Positions 1 through 9,624 of a stretch of DNA of 64,000 nucleotides are shown piece after piece (within the stretch, counting starts at the first letter, position 1; each line of letters starts with the position of its first letter). The stretch spans positions 1,544 to 65,543 of the forward strand of contig CALJER010000015.1 of assembly GCA_938074535.1 (NCBI GenBank), in the 5' to 3' direction. A model generated the notes under the pieces. That model ran no database searches. It saw only the letters and a list, made by a program, of their open reading frames with translations, and had not been told where the DNA came from. The translations under genes were made by a program, and so were the position numbers. The DNA comes from an uncultured archaeon. Lineage in GTDB: Archaea > Hadarchaeota > Hadarchaeia > Hadarchaeales > WYZ-LMO6.

Positions 1-232
1 CCAGGGCGGCCTCGTTGTACGCGCTCCCGAAGTTGGTTTTGGGGTACCTAGCGAGAAAAGCCATGGCCAGGGCCTCGGGCGAGGGGTTCAGGGGAGGGGG
101 CAGGATCCTGCGGCAGACCTCGGGCTCGGTCCTGAAGAAAACCATCGCCACTTCCGCGTCGAAGAAGGTGGCCCTAACTCCAAGGCTGCCCGCCAGCTCG
201 GAAAGCTCTTTGTCTTCGAGGCAGAACTTCAA
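1..232 (-). CDS. Acetoacetate decarboxylase-like family protein, N-terminal fragment. It runs off the window edge and the start codon is uncertain (TTG near 232, or ATG at 145).
   Basis: Minus-strand frame translates to ...ATFFDAEVAMVFFRTEPEVCRRILPPPLNPSPEALAMAFLARYPKTNFGSAYNEAAL, resembling the N-terminal region of ADC-family proteins. It lies in the frame opposite to listed ORF 15..596, which looks spurious. Confidence 0.35.
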   Translation of the reverse strand, partial: MKFCLEDKELSELAGSLGVRATFFDAEVAMVFFRTEPEVCRRILPPPLNPSPEALAMAFLARYPKTNFGSAYNEAAL

Positions 233-248
233 CAAACTCTTTTGTAGA

Positions 249-262
249 GGGGGGTATATATC
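249..262. promoter_or_regulatory. TATA-like element (gggggtatatatcacc) in a divergent intergenic region; candidate promoter for the LLM gene at 295 and possibly the minus-strand ADC-like gene.
   Basis: A/T-rich tatatat motif about 35 nt upstream of ATG 295 in otherwise about 70% GC DNA. Confidence 0.4.
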
Positions 263-294
263 ACCTTCAGGGCAAGAAAAGGGGTGGGATACCC

Positions 295-1395
295 ATGGGC
301 CTGGGGATAGGAACGGTGGGCCCCATCAATCCCTCCATCTTCCGCACGGACGAAGGGGGTCGTCCACAGGTGGACACCGTCTGGAGGGTGGCCAAGAGTT
401 CGGAGGAAAAGGGCTACCACTCCGTCTGGTACGCGGACCATCTGATGGGCTGGTTCCCCCCCCACGACTTCTACGATCCCATCGCCACCCTGGCCCTCGT
501 GGCCTCCAGGACCGAGAAGATCAGGATAGGCACCGCCGTCACCGATCCCATCCGCAGGAACCCGGTGATGCTCTCCCAGAGCATGCTCACCCTTGACCAT
601 TTCTCGAGGGGGAGGTGCATCTTCGGGCTGGGGACGGGGGAGGCCATGAACTACACCCCCTACGGGATGGAGTACTCGAGGCAGGTGGCGAAGTTCGAGG
701 AGGCCCTGAAGATCATAAGGCTGAGCTGGGAGGCGGGGAGGGGCAGGCCCGTGGACTTCGAGGGGAAGTTCTGGAAGCTGAAGAATGCGCCCTTCGACCT
801 GCTCCCCTACGGGGAGAGGCCCCCGCCCCTCTGGGTGGCCGCCCACGGTCCCAGGATGCTGAAGGTGGTGGGAGAGCTGGCGGACGGCTGGTTCCCCATG
901 ATGATGAGCCCGCAGGAGTATGCCGAAAGGGCCGGGGTGATAAGGGAGGCCGCGGAGAGGGCCGGGAGGAAGGCCTCCGAAATCACGCTTGCCCTCTACG
1001 CTCCCCTGGTCATAGCCGAGAGCAGGAGGGAGTGCCTCGAGATGATGGAGAACCCCGTGCTCAAGGGCTACGCCCTCACCCTCCCTCCCTCCGCCTACGA
1101 GCGCAGGGGGCTGAAGCACCCGCTGGGCGAGGACTTCAACCCCTTCGCCCACTTCATCTTCACCGAGCTCTCGGACAGGGTTTTGGAGGCGGTGCAGCAC
1201 ATACCCACCGACCTTGCCGCCGAGAGCTTTATCTACGGTACCCCGGAGGAGGTGGTGGAAGCCCTTAAGCTCTACAGGGAAAAGGGGGTGGAGGTGGTGG
1301 TCCTCTGGAACCAGACCCCCTTCGCCGACCCCTCCAAAACGGGGGCCTCCTACAGGCTCATAGACGAGGTGGTGAGGCGCTGCTCCCGCCTCTGA
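295..1395 (+). CDS. Luciferase-like monooxygenase (LLM) family, F420-dependent-type oxidoreductase.
   Basis: 366 aa. Motifs ...YHSVWYADHLMGW..., TLDHFSRGRCIFGLGTGEAM, GPRMLKVVGELADGW are typical of the LLM/F420-dependent flavin oxidoreductase fold (Mer-like superfamily, but not a close Mer match). Confidence 0.8.
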   Translation: MGLGIGTVGPINPSIFRTDEGGRPQVDTVWRVAKSSEEKGYHSVWYADHLMGWFPPHDFYDPIATLALVASRTEKIRIGTAVTDPIRRNPVMLSQSMLTLDHFSRGRCIFGLGTGEAMNYTPYGMEYSRQVAKFEEALKIIRLSWEAGRGRPVDFEGKFWKLKNAPFDLLPYGERPPPLWVAAHGPRMLKVVGELADGWFPMMMSPQEYAERAGVIREAAERAGRKASEITLALYAPLVIAESRRECLEMMENPVLKGYALTLPPSAYERRGLKHPLGEDFNPFAHFIFTELSDRVLEAVQHIPTDLAAESFIYGTPEEVVEALKLYREKGVEVVVLWNQTPFADPSKTGASYRLIDEVVRRCSRL

Positions 1396-2854
1396 GCGGG
1401 CTCTCCCCCTCCTCCATCAGCTTTAGGTGGGGCTCCAGCCTCCTCCTCATCACTCCCAAGAGAAGCCTCATCGCCATCCTCCTCATCCTGCTGTCCTTGA
1501 AGTGATCCCTGGCCAGCGCCCCTATCCACCTGAAGTCGTGCCTGAGGCAGGAGGCGTAGAGCTTCCAGTGCTCTCCCCTCATGTCCTTGGCCGTGAAAAA
1601 CTTCTCCTCCCTCAAGAAGCTCAGGGGCACGAAGAAGAGGGGGACGATCAGGGACTTGAACTCGGCCAGCCTCTCCACCAGCTCCCTCGTCTTTTCCACA
1701 TCCTCCCGCGTCTCGCCGGGAAGGCCCATCACGAGCGTGGAGCAGGGAACCCAGTTCTGGTCCGCCAGGATTTCGTGCGCCCTCATCACCACCTCGGGCC
1801 ACTCTTCCGGCTTGAAGGGGAGGGCCTTTCCTTTCATGTACTTCTCGATCAGGGAGGGGGAGCCCGTCTCTATGCCCATCTGGACCCCGAAGAAGGGCTT
1901 CTGCCTGGTGCCTATGCCCAGCAGCTCCGTGAGCTTCTGCACAAGGGAGGGGGCGGAGGCCACAGAGGCGAAGGCCGCATGGGAGGCGCTCACGTCCATC
2001 CCGGTTTTGGCCACTTCCCGGAAGAGGGCCATCACTTTCTCCTCCTCGGGCAGGATTCCCCTCGCCCCGTACCTGAGCACATCCTCCGCGTGGATCAGCA
2101 GGTGGTGGGCGGCCGCGTTCACCCTCACCTCCTCCCTTATCTTTTCCAGAGGGAGGGAGCGGAGGTAGCGCTGGGTGGGGACGCAGAACTTGCATCCCCT
2201 CCCGCACCCCCTGGCCACCTCCACTATCCCGTTCACGGTGGGGTTTTTGATGGCCGGGATTTTCTCCGGGGGGGTGGGCCCAGCCTCCACGATGGGGGGA
2301 AGGGGTTCTCCCCTTATCGCCCTGCGGAAGAGCTCGGAGGCCACGGTCTCCCCCTCCCCGAGCACCACGCAATCTATCCCGTACTTGGCCATCATCCTTC
2401 CCTCGGCCAGCTGCCAGGCCCCGGGCCCGCCGACGATCACCCTCAGGCCGGCCCTCCTGAGGATCCTCCGGCCGACCAGCTTCCTGAAGTGAAAGGCGGA
2501 GTAGGTCTCCTCTCCCGTCAGGCTGCTGAGGGTGGAAGAGGCCGGTCCCAGCCCGAGCGGATCGTTGGTGGTTATTCCCACGGCCCTGGTTCTCTCGTCC
2601 ACCACCTCCTCCAGGTGCTCGGGATGTCCCACCACCACGTCGAAGCCTTCCTCCAGCAGGACGGCCTCGATCTTCCTAGTTCCAGCGGGGGCGAAGAGCG
2701 CCACCCCCTTCCGGTGGGGAAGGGGGGGACAGAGGAAGAGGCGAAAGAGGGGGTCGGGCAGCAGCCTGGGGGCGCAGGCGGCGAAGCCCACGAACATGGA
2801 GCCCCCGTAGTCGGACATCAAAGTGCAATCAGCGGTCAGAACCACTTCCGGCAT
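1358..2854 (-). CDS. Radical SAM protein with N-terminal B12-binding-like domain (class B radical SAM).
   Basis: 498 aa. CGRGCKFC (CxxxCxxC) radical-SAM cluster motif preceded by a Rossmann-like B12-binding-type N-terminal region. A/T-rich aaatttttt element about 25 nt upstream of the start. Confidence 0.75.
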   Translation of the reverse strand: MPEVVLTADCTLMSDYGGSMFVGFAACAPRLLPDPLFRLFLCPPLPHRKGVALFAPAGTRKIEAVLLEEGFDVVVGHPEHLEEVVDERTRAVGITTNDPLGLGPASSTLSSLTGEETYSAFHFRKLVGRRILRRAGLRVIVGGPGAWQLAEGRMMAKYGIDCVVLGEGETVASELFRRAIRGEPLPPIVEAGPTPPEKIPAIKNPTVNGIVEVARGCGRGCKFCVPTQRYLRSLPLEKIREEVRVNAAAHHLLIHAEDVLRYGARGILPEEEKVMALFREVAKTGMDVSASHAAFASVASAPSLVQKLTELLGIGTRQKPFFGVQMGIETGSPSLIEKYMKGKALPFKPEEWPEVVMRAHEILADQNWVPCSTLVMGLPGETREDVEKTRELVERLAEFKSLIVPLFFVPLSFLREEKFFTAKDMRGEHWKLYASCLRHDFRWIGALARDHFKDSRMRRMAMRLLLGVMRRRLEPHLKLMEEGESPLRGGSSASPPRL

Positions 2855-3215
2855 CTATGCAAAAAATTTCGCAGAGAAGCTTAAAAGGATAGGCAGAAGG
2901 TCTGAGAAGGGCGGAGGTCTCCTTCCTCCTGCGTTTGCCTTCCACTGCTCGGCTCCTCCTTTTGGTGCCGGCCGGGGCAGGAAGGGAGCTCTCCATCCAC
3001 CACCTCAGGAGGAAGGTGGGGAGGTCGGAGAGGGCTCCGCCAGCATCCGGGATCCCTTTCGGGGATGGGACTCCCCAGGAGGAGGGTGGGGAGGACGGGG
3101 AAGGAGGGCATGTTTTTACTCCTTCGACAGGGACGAGTTCGCGGGGGGAGTGAGGAGGGTCCTGGAGGAGAGGAGAAGACGGGAGGGGGCTCGGGGAGCA
3201 CCTCGCTTAAGAACC

Positions 3216-4052
3216 TCAGCCCTCCAGCCCCTCAATGAGGGCGTGCAGGCTCCTGGCCAGGTTCTCCCCTATGTACCCACCCTCCAGCACCCCGAAGACC
3301 GGCTTCCCGTACTCTGCCAGCCTCTCCCCTATCCTGCGGAAGCCTTCCGGGGTGAGGCCCAGGGAGGAGAGGTCCCCGGCGTGGGAGTCGAAGCCCGCCG
3401 AGATCCCTACCACCTCGCACCTCTCCGCCCCCACCTTCTTCAGTCCCTTCTCCAGGCACCTGAGGTATTCCTCGTCCCCCACCTCGTCCAGCGGGATGTT
3501 CACGAAGTTGGGTCCCGACTCCCATCCCGTTCCCGGGTAGATGCCGCCCCTGTGCAGGGAGAGGAACCTGACCTTCGGGTCCCCCATGAAGATCTCCTGG
3601 GTGCCGTTCCCGTGGTGCCCGTCCACGTCCACGATCAGGGTGGGGAGATCCAGCTTTCTCACGGCCACCGCTATGTTGTTGAAGTAGCAGAAGCCCAGGG
3701 TGGGTGCTCCCAGCGCCAGCCCGTTCCTGCCTGCGTGGTGCCCCGGGGGGCGCATGAGGGAGAAGCCCTTTATTTCAGCCGCTTTGATGGCCCCTCCCGC
3801 GGCCAGCCTGGCGTACTCGTAGATGTTGGGATAGGCGGGGGTATCTGGGTCGAAGAAGTTCCCCCTTTTGATGATCTCCACGTATTTCTTGGAGTGCACC
3901 AGCAGGAGGTCCTCCTCGGTGGCAGGGCAGGGCTCCACGAACTCGTACCCCAGCCCCTTCAGGATCTCACGGGCCTTCCCCACCCTTCCAGGGTTTTCCA
4001 AATGGTAGGGATCGCCGTACTCCAGGCACTTGGGGGAGAAGACAAGCTTCAT
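3216..4052 (-). CDS. Histone deacetylase superfamily protein (AcuC / acetylpolyamine amidohydrolase-like), copy 1.
   Basis: 278 aa. HHAGRNG, DVDGHHGNGTQ, GFDSHAGD and GGY motifs of the arginase/deacetylase fold. Confidence 0.85.
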   Translation of the reverse strand: MKLVFSPKCLEYGDPYHLENPGRVGKAREILKGLGYEFVEPCPATEEDLLLVHSKKYVEIIKRGNFFDPDTPAYPNIYEYARLAAGGAIKAAEIKGFSLMRPPGHHAGRNGLALGAPTLGFCYFNNIAVAVRKLDLPTLIVDVDGHHGNGTQEIFMGDPKVRFLSLHRGGIYPGTGWESGPNFVNIPLDEVGDEEYLRCLEKGLKKVGAERCEVVGISAGFDSHAGDLSSLGLTPEGFRRIGERLAEYGKPVFGVLEGGYIGENLARSLHALIEGLEG

Positions 4053-4207
4053 CCTTTTTTTCTTCGGCGGCGCCGGTGAAAAGGCTTTTGCCCAAACCTG
4101 GGGGCGGCGGATGGCGGGTCCTTTTCCGGCTGCGGCGAGGGGTTGGGAGAATTTTTAAGACCAGTGCTCCAACCCTACGGCGGGGAAGAGTTTTGGTGAG
4201 GAAAGGG

Positions 4208-4657
4208 ATGCTCCTTTATTTCGTGACGGAGGGGATGAGGGTTCTGGTTGTGGGATCCGGCGCCATCGGGAGGAGAAAAATCTCCAAGTTGGTTGAGAGC
4301 GGAGCTGAGGTAACCGTGGTTACAAAAGATGATGCAAAAGGATTGGATGCTATGGGCGTTGAGGTCGAGAGAGGGGATGGGCTCGAGTATCTCTCGAGAA
4401 ATTTGGATCGCTTTGACATGATCGTCGCGGCCACAGACAGCAAAGAAATAAATTCAAAGATCTCAGAGCTGGCCATGCGCCACAGAAAGCTGGTGGTCTC
4501 TGTTACTTCTCATGAGGAGTGCAACGTGATGTTTCCCGCGGTGCTGGATTATAAAAAGTTTCAGATAGGCATCACGACGCATGGTCTGGATCCCAAACTC
4601 TCGAGAAAAATAAAGGAAAAGCTGTCACTGATGATAAGACCTGAAGAATTCTGTTGA
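4208..4657 (+). CDS. sirC: Precorrin-2 dehydrogenase / sirohydrochlorin-forming enzyme (SirC, CysG N-terminal domain-like).
   Basis: MRVLVVGSGAIGRRKISKLVESGAEVTVVT NAD-binding Rossmann motif typical of siroheme synthase N-domain. Convergent with cfbB. The listed ORF from 4076 has an implausible Arg-rich extension. Confidence 0.6.
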   Translation: MLLYFVTEGMRVLVVGSGAIGRRKISKLVESGAEVTVVTKDDAKGLDAMGVEVERGDGLEYLSRNLDRFDMIVAATDSKEINSKISELAMRHRKLVVSVTSHEECNVMFPAVLDYKKFQIGITTHGLDPKLSRKIKEKLSLMIRPEEFC

Positions 4658-4659
4658 GG

Positions 4660-6048
4660 TCACCTGTGAAAGTACTGGCTGCAAGCCGAAACGAACTTTG
4701 CAGGCACATCGGGGTTGGCTAGGTAGTGGAGGTGCGTGTACATCCCAACAGTCCTGTGGGCCGTAGCCCCGTCCCTCCCGTCCCTGATCCCCCTTCCCCT
4801 GAGTACATTAAAAGCGAACTCGCTCGAGAGATTTTCGATGTAAGAGTAGTGAAATTCGTGTCCCTTCAGGGTGCCCCCGGCCTCCGAGAGGGGATTTTCG
4901 GCTGTGGCCTCTAACTGGGCGTAACCCAGAGCCTTCGGTCTCTCAGAAAAATAGACATCACCATCAAAAACGCTCACCATCTTATGCTTTTTGCCCCCGT
5001 AGTTTATTGAGCTGCAAAGATACAACAGGCCACCGCCTTCCCCGACAACCGGCATTTCGTCCACGATTTTTTTGTAGAGGGAGTGCCGCAGCCGATGGTT
5101 TGCCTCAAGTTCGCTCGCAAAGATTTCAGGATACCCGCCGCCGATCAGAACTCCAGAGATTTCATTTTCGATTTCTCTGGTTGATAGGCTGTCTATCACG
5201 CGTATTTCGGCGCCAGCTTCTCTGAGCAGGACCAGGTTCTCGGGGTAGTAAAAGGAGAAGGGAAAGTCGATGAAGATTCCTATTTTCACTTTTTCGTTGA
5301 TCGCTGAGCCCCGTTGCTTGAGCAGCGGGCCCTGGCCGGCATGATCCTCGATCTCGGGGCATTGCGTCATTAGCTCAAGTAGCTTGTCGATATCCAAGGA
5401 GGGTTCGAGCAGCATAGCTGCCCTGTTTATTACTTCATCGATCTTCGGAAGCTCGCGGGGTGTTACGAGACCCCCATGCCGCTTTTTTATGCGTAGCTCA
5501 GGCGAACGGTAAAGCACACCCAGGACAGGTACTTTGGTATAGTGTTCGATCGCCTTTCTGAGTTTTTCTTCGTGTGCGGCATCCCTGACGTTGTTTAGGA
5601 TCACGCCGCCGATCCTCACCTCCCTGTCCATGGATTGGTAGCCTATTATCTGGGCGGCCACGCCCCTGGTCAAACTCCTGCAGTCGACAACCAAGACTAC
5701 GGGTGCGGAGAGGATTTTGGCGACATGCGCCGTGCTTCCCACATCCGCCACGGGAGACTCGCCTTCGTAAAGACCCCTCACCCCCTCCGCGACCGCGAAA
5801 TCGGCGCCCACACAGCCAGCCACGAAGGAGCGGCGTATGGTCTCCTCCCCCATCATCCAGGAGTCGAGAGTTCTGCAGGGCCTCCCGGAGGCCATACTTA
5901 GGTACATGGGATCGATGTAGTCCGGGCCTACTTTGAAGGGCTGGACTTTGAAGTTCTTGCTTTTCATTATTCTTAAAAGGGCAGCTGAGATCAGCGTCTT
6001 TCCCGAGCCGCTCGATGTTGCCGAGATCACAACTCTAGGAACTTTCAT
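4660..6048 (-). CDS. cfbB: Ni-sirohydrochlorin a,c-diamide synthase (CbiA/CobB-family amidotransferase).
   Basis: MKVPRVVISATSSGSGKTLISAALL P-loop plus C-terminal glutamine amidotransferase domain. Last gene of the cfb block. Start moved to the internal Met (6048) that overlaps the cfbC stop. Confidence 0.8.
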   Translation of the reverse strand: MKVPRVVISATSSGSGKTLISAALLRIMKSKNFKVQPFKVGPDYIDPMYLSMASGRPCRTLDSWMMGEETIRRSFVAGCVGADFAVAEGVRGLYEGESPVADVGSTAHVAKILSAPVVLVVDCRSLTRGVAAQIIGYQSMDREVRIGGVILNNVRDAAHEEKLRKAIEHYTKVPVLGVLYRSPELRIKKRHGGLVTPRELPKIDEVINRAAMLLEPSLDIDKLLELMTQCPEIEDHAGQGPLLKQRGSAINEKVKIGIFIDFPFSFYYPENLVLLREAGAEIRVIDSLSTREIENEISGVLIGGGYPEIFASELEANHRLRHSLYKKIVDEMPVVGEGGGLLYLCSSINYGGKKHKMVSVFDGDVYFSERPKALGYAQLEATAENPLSEAGGTLKGHEFHYSYIENLSSEFAFNVLRGRGIRDGRDGATAHRTVGMYTHLHYLANPDVPAKFVSACSQYFHR

Positions 6049-6859
6049 CGGAGCACCCGCAAGTCCGCGATTCCGCCGTGAGCAGCTGGAAGATCTCCTC
6101 CAGCTCTCTTGCGGAAAGCGGATCTGGGATCTTACCATCCTCCATCCTGAGGAGGGACAGCGATATGGATTTGACGAGGTGCGAGATGCCGGAGTTGGGC
6201 GAAAGCTCTATCACGGTCTTCCTTAATTTATCTGCCCACCTCAGCTCCTCCGAGTAGGGAAGGCTTCCGATGATCGGGATTCCCACCCTCTTCGAAAACT
6301 CTTCAACGTACCTCTTTCCGCGGGGCGTTGCCTTGTTGTACACAATACCGCAGGATGGTGCCTTGAGAGAGGAAAGTCCCAGACAGATGTTGTTCGCCGC
6401 GTATATGGACATGAACTCGTCGGAGGTGACGATGAGAACACTCTCCGCATATCCTTCTTTGACGACGATCGCAAGCCCGCCGCACAGGATATCCGCCGGC
6501 ACATCGAAGATTACAAAATCAAAGCTGCCGATGTCTAGTTTGCCCAGGAGGTGCCCAATTCCAACTATCAGCCCTCTGCCGGCGCATCCCACCCCCGGCT
6601 CAGGACCACCCACTTCAACACCGTAGACCCCAAACACTCCCCTAAAGAGAAAACTCTCGACGGGCGGGTTTTTGTTCGACCTCATCACCTCCAGCAGCGG
6701 GGTTACCCTCCTTCCGAGGATGTTCGTTGTTGAGTCTGCCTTTGGATCACATCCGACCAGCAGAGTTTTGAGATTCATTTCCCCGAGGGCCGCAGCTATG
6801 TTTGAGGCCAAAGTTGACTTTCCAATTCCCCCCTTTCCGTATATTGCCACGGATCTCAT
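6035..6859 (-). CDS. cfbC: Ni-sirohydrochlorin a,c-diamide reductive cyclase, NifH-like ATPase component.
   Basis: MRSVAIYGKGGIGKST P-loop and CGG/CAGRG NifH/BchL family motifs. ATG at 6859 sits immediately after the cfbD stop. No nifK/nifDK partner, but cfb partners are adjacent. Confidence 0.85.
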   Translation of the reverse strand: MRSVAIYGKGGIGKSTLASNIAAALGEMNLKTLLVGCDPKADSTTNILGRRVTPLLEVMRSNKNPPVESFLFRGVFGVYGVEVGGPEPGVGCAGRGLIVGIGHLLGKLDIGSFDFVIFDVPADILCGGLAIVVKEGYAESVLIVTSDEFMSIYAANNICLGLSSLKAPSCGIVYNKATPRGKRYVEEFSKRVGIPIIGSLPYSEELRWADKLRKTVIELSPNSGISHLVKSISLSLLRMEDGKIPDPLSARELEEIFQLLTAESRTCGCSDESS

Positions 6860-7941
6860 TGGGTTCCCCCTGCAAGCCCCCTGATGCTCTCGCCCAATAT
6901 TGATTTGCAAATTCTCCTGTTTCCCAGAGAGGCACTGTGGGCACCCTCCTCGTTGACCACATAATCATATCCCAAGGACTTCAGGTTCGAAGCGGCCCTC
7001 CTGCCGGCACTAACAGCCACCGTCCTCAGCTTGCCTTCAACGGCCACGGCATGTGGTATGCCCGAGATTATTGCTAGATCCGGACGGATGTCGAAGAGGA
7101 CTTCTCTTGCTCTTTCTCCCGAGATGGGGTACTCATCGAGGCCCCCCGTGATTACCTCCACCTCGATTCCCCGAGCGCTCAGCTCCTGGAGGATTTTTTC
7201 TGAGTAGGATCTTATCCTGGGAAGGCCAATTTTGGGGTCCAGGTTGGCAACGAAATGAACGCTTCCGCTTTTTCCAAATCCGGCATCGGCTAGGGCAAGG
7301 AAGAGGTCGGCGTAGAGAAAAGCAGTTTCCTTCTTGGCATTCAGGACGCATGCCACCTCACCTCCACCCTCGAGGGTTCGGAGTATCAGGGAGCCTACGG
7401 CGGCAGGATCGTCGCCGGGGCTACCGGGTATGTACTCTGCTCTAGCGGTACCCCTTGTCCTCTCCAAAAGAGCTGCCATCTCCAGCGCATGCTTCTGCCG
7501 GGAGTATTCTTCCCTGCTTACCAAACCCGCTTCCATGGCTTCTTTGAGGACCGCTACCGCTCCAAGAGTGTTATCTCCAGAGGCGCTGTGAATGCTACAG
7601 CATATCGCCTTTTTGATAACACCAGCTTCGGCGGCCGCCCTCCTGAGGTCCTCACCGATGATCATGCTGGCACAGGTACCAACGACGCCAATCAGCTTAG
7701 GATTGAAGAGCTCGTCTACTTTCCTCAGCGTCGCTGAAAGTTTTCTCTCCCCCCCGAATATCAATTCGTCTTCCGACATGGCGGTCGTCACTATCTTCAC
7801 CCCTTCTTTTTCAAGCAGCCTGGCTGGGCCGAAGCAGCAGCCGGAGGGGCCGTGCAGGACTATAACGTCTGCATCCAGATCCCTGAGGGTATACATAGCG
7901 GCAGCGATCGGGCTCGGTCTAGGATGCATTGCAGCGGACAT
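6856..7941 (-). CDS. cfbD: Ni-sirohydrochlorin a,c-diamide reductive cyclase, NifD/NflD-like component.
   Basis: 361 aa NifD/BchN-like protein (VIVLHGPSGCCFG...), too short for a true nitrogenase alpha chain. Sandwiched between cfbE and cfbC. Confidence 0.8.
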   Translation of the reverse strand: MSAAMHPRPSPIAAAMYTLRDLDADVIVLHGPSGCCFGPARLLEKEGVKIVTTAMSEDELIFGGERKLSATLRKVDELFNPKLIGVVGTCASMIIGEDLRRAAAEAGVIKKAICCSIHSASGDNTLGAVAVLKEAMEAGLVSREEYSRQKHALEMAALLERTRGTARAEYIPGSPGDDPAAVGSLILRTLEGGGEVACVLNAKKETAFLYADLFLALADAGFGKSGSVHFVANLDPKIGLPRIRSYSEKILQELSARGIEVEVITGGLDEYPISGERAREVLFDIRPDLAIISGIPHAVAVEGKLRTVAVSAGRRAASNLKSLGYDYVVNEEGAHSASLGNRRICKSILGESIRGLAGGTQ

Positions 7942-9229
7942 GCTCTTCCCTCTCTAGACGCAGGGTCGGGACCCTCGAGGCCCCAACGGGCCCCACCACA
8001 CTTTTCGATATCATCGATCGGAGGGCCTCGCCGAGTTCACCAAACAGGTAGACCTCTTCAAACGGGCTGGAGTTAATGACCTTTGCTAGTTCCACCAAGT
8101 TCACAGGCCCGCAGGTGGTCTTGAGCCTTCCGCCGATCTCCAGCCTGATCGGCGGTAGGACTTCAAGATAGTCTTTGATTGCTTTGTCCGCGGCTTTTTC
8201 ATTTATTGCTGGGCTCCTGTTCAGGATCAGAGGTCCCGAGGGGTCTTCTAAGACCATCTTTTTTGAGAAGGTTTCTGGGGGGATTTCCACTTTTTCCTCA
8301 GAAACACCAAAAAACTTTGCTATAGAAACCCCAACGAGGATGTTCTCCACATTTTGTCTGCCGATGGGCCCTTGGGCCTCGACCAGGGTTCTGGAATGGG
8401 TGGGGCCTTCCAAGGTCATGAAGCCCCGGAAGTTCGCAGTGAACTTGATGTAGCCAGCGCCGATGCATACCCCTTCCGCTGAGATCTCACAAGGTAGAGG
8501 ATGTGCAGAGAAGTACTGGACGTTTGAAACTCCCCTTAATAGAGGATCATCTGCATTGAGCAGAACGGTTGAATTTGGCTTTCTTTGTCTAACCATCGAC
8601 ATTTTCGCCGCAAGGGCAGAGGAGGAACCTTTTGCTATGGGATAGTTATCGTACACGTTCTTCAGGATTCCAAGATCGGCCATACCCGTCCCGCCCAGGG
8701 AAAGCTCGAAGATGGCAAGATCGGGATCCCTTGGACAGAGCTTCAGCGCTTTTATTATGTTAGCGGGAGTCGAGCTTGCGCTTTCTGACAGCACTCTCTC
8801 GCTCGCCCCCTTTATGAATTTTATACCATCGCTTGTCAGGCTCAGAATGGAGTAGCGGTCTCTGAGCAAGGCGGTTGCGCATCTGACAGCGGTCGTCTTC
8901 CCAAAGCTGCCCGTTATCTCCACCACGGGGAAGTGCACTTTACCGCAAGCCAGCATTCTCACCGCTTCGTGATGCGTTACAAGCCTATCCTTAAAGTCCG
9001 CAAACGACGAGGAGGGAAAGTGGACGGGGCTGACTATCAGGTCATATTTTGGGAGTTCGGAGGGATCCGGGACCTCACGCAGAATTTCCAGCTCTTTAGA
9101 ATATTCCTCACCTTCTGAGTCCTTAAGGGTCCTATAAACGTCGACGCACGTTACGGTGTCGCCCCGCTCGGTGAACGCCTCGGAGAGGGTCAGCCCGCCG
9201 TGGGTGGCATCTACAACGAGAACCTTCAA
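7919..9229 (-). CDS. cfbE: Coenzyme F430 synthetase (MurF/Mur-ligase-like).
   Basis: Mur ligase features (EITGSFGKTT P-loop, central and C-terminal Mur domains). Probable TTG start at 9229 overlapping the cfbA stop (TTGA). The listed ORF extends to 9508 only as a low-complexity N-terminal read-through. Confidence 0.75.
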   Translation of the reverse strand: MKVLVVDATHGGLTLSEAFTERGDTVTCVDVYRTLKDSEGEEYSKELEILREVPDPSELPKYDLIVSPVHFPSSSFADFKDRLVTHHEAVRMLACGKVHFPVVEITGSFGKTTAVRCATALLRDRYSILSLTSDGIKFIKGASERVLSESASSTPANIIKALKLCPRDPDLAIFELSLGGTGMADLGILKNVYDNYPIAKGSSSALAAKMSMVRQRKPNSTVLLNADDPLLRGVSNVQYFSAHPLPCEISAEGVCIGAGYIKFTANFRGFMTLEGPTHSRTLVEAQGPIGRQNVENILVGVSIAKFFGVSEEKVEIPPETFSKKMVLEDPSGPLILNRSPAINEKAADKAIKDYLEVLPPIRLEIGGRLKTTCGPVNLVELAKVINSSPFEEVYLFGELGEALRSMISKSVVGPVGASRVPTLRLEREEHVRCNAS

Positions 9230-9624
9230 GCTCTCAAAGCCTCCTTGATTCTGTCGTTGAGGATCTCCACTACTCGATCGTCCGCCCCTATGGGATCGCT
9301 GAGCACCACTTTGACCTTTTTTGTTGCAGCTTCGATCCTCCAAACCCTCGCTCCAGCGGGCATTCCCAAGATTTTTGGTATGTCTTGGTCGACGTGGGTT
9401 CCCCTGGTGAGAAAGACGGGCTGGATGATGAGCTCCTCTATCCCAGCGTTCAAGCTCTCTGAAATCACCTCCTGAAGGGAGGGTTTGTTCATTCGCATGA
9501 AAGCGCACCTAACATAGGGATGCTCGGCTTCAAGCTTTTTTGCAAAGTACTTTATAGCCCTCTTATTGTGTGGCTCCCTGCTTCCATGTCCTACCAGAAT
9601 TATTCCGATCTTTTTTGGCATCAT
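9226..9624 (-). CDS. cfbA: Sirohydrochlorin nickelochelatase (small CbiX-type).
   Basis: About 132 aa CbiX-small: KKIGIILVGHGSREP. Start overlaps the hemD stop (9621-9623). Confidence 0.8.
   Translation of the reverse strand: MMPKKIGIILVGHGSREPHNKRAIKYFAKKLEAEHPYVRCAFMRMNKPSLQEVISESLNAGIEELIIQPVFLTRGTHVDQDIPKILGMPAGARVWRIEAATKKVKVVLSDPIGADDRVVEILNDRIKEALRA

Noticed and set aside
15-1268. Listed ORFs 15..596(+), 229..1200(-) and 615..1268(+) overlapping the LLM gene.
   Set aside because: Antisense/alternative-frame ORFs produced by about 70% GC. Their translations are Pro/Gly/Arg/His low-complexity, whereas the 295..1395 frame gives a clean LLM-family protein.
1350-2884. ORFs 1350..2372(-), 1427..2884(+), 1581..2168(+), 2175..2492(+), 2532..2810(+).
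   Set aside because: All overlap the radical SAM gene (1358..2854 -), which alone shows the CxxxCxxC motif and domain-like composition. The others are Gly/Pro/Arg/Ser-rich frame artefacts.
2823-4079. 418-aa ORF on + strand opposite the HDAC gene, and the 3232..3540 ORFs.
   Set aside because: Antisense to a well-supported HDAC-family CDS; composition is low-complexity Gly/Pro/Arg.
6035-7941. Interpreting the NifH-like/NifD-like pair as a nitrogenase.
   Set aside because: No nifK, the NifD-like protein is only 361 aa, and the pair is embedded between cbiX-small, cbiA-like and MurF-like genes, which is the CfbABCDE context.
7919-9508. N-terminal about 93 codons of listed cfbE ORF (9230..9508), and similar long N-terminal extensions of listed ORFs for cfbB, cfbC, cobA, hemC, hemA, adk, dapA, lysA, GPN GTPase, HAD and S8.
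   Set aside because: Extensions overlap the upstream gene, are compositionally unlike the conserved domain, and internal starts give canonical protein lengths with tight stop/start coupling.
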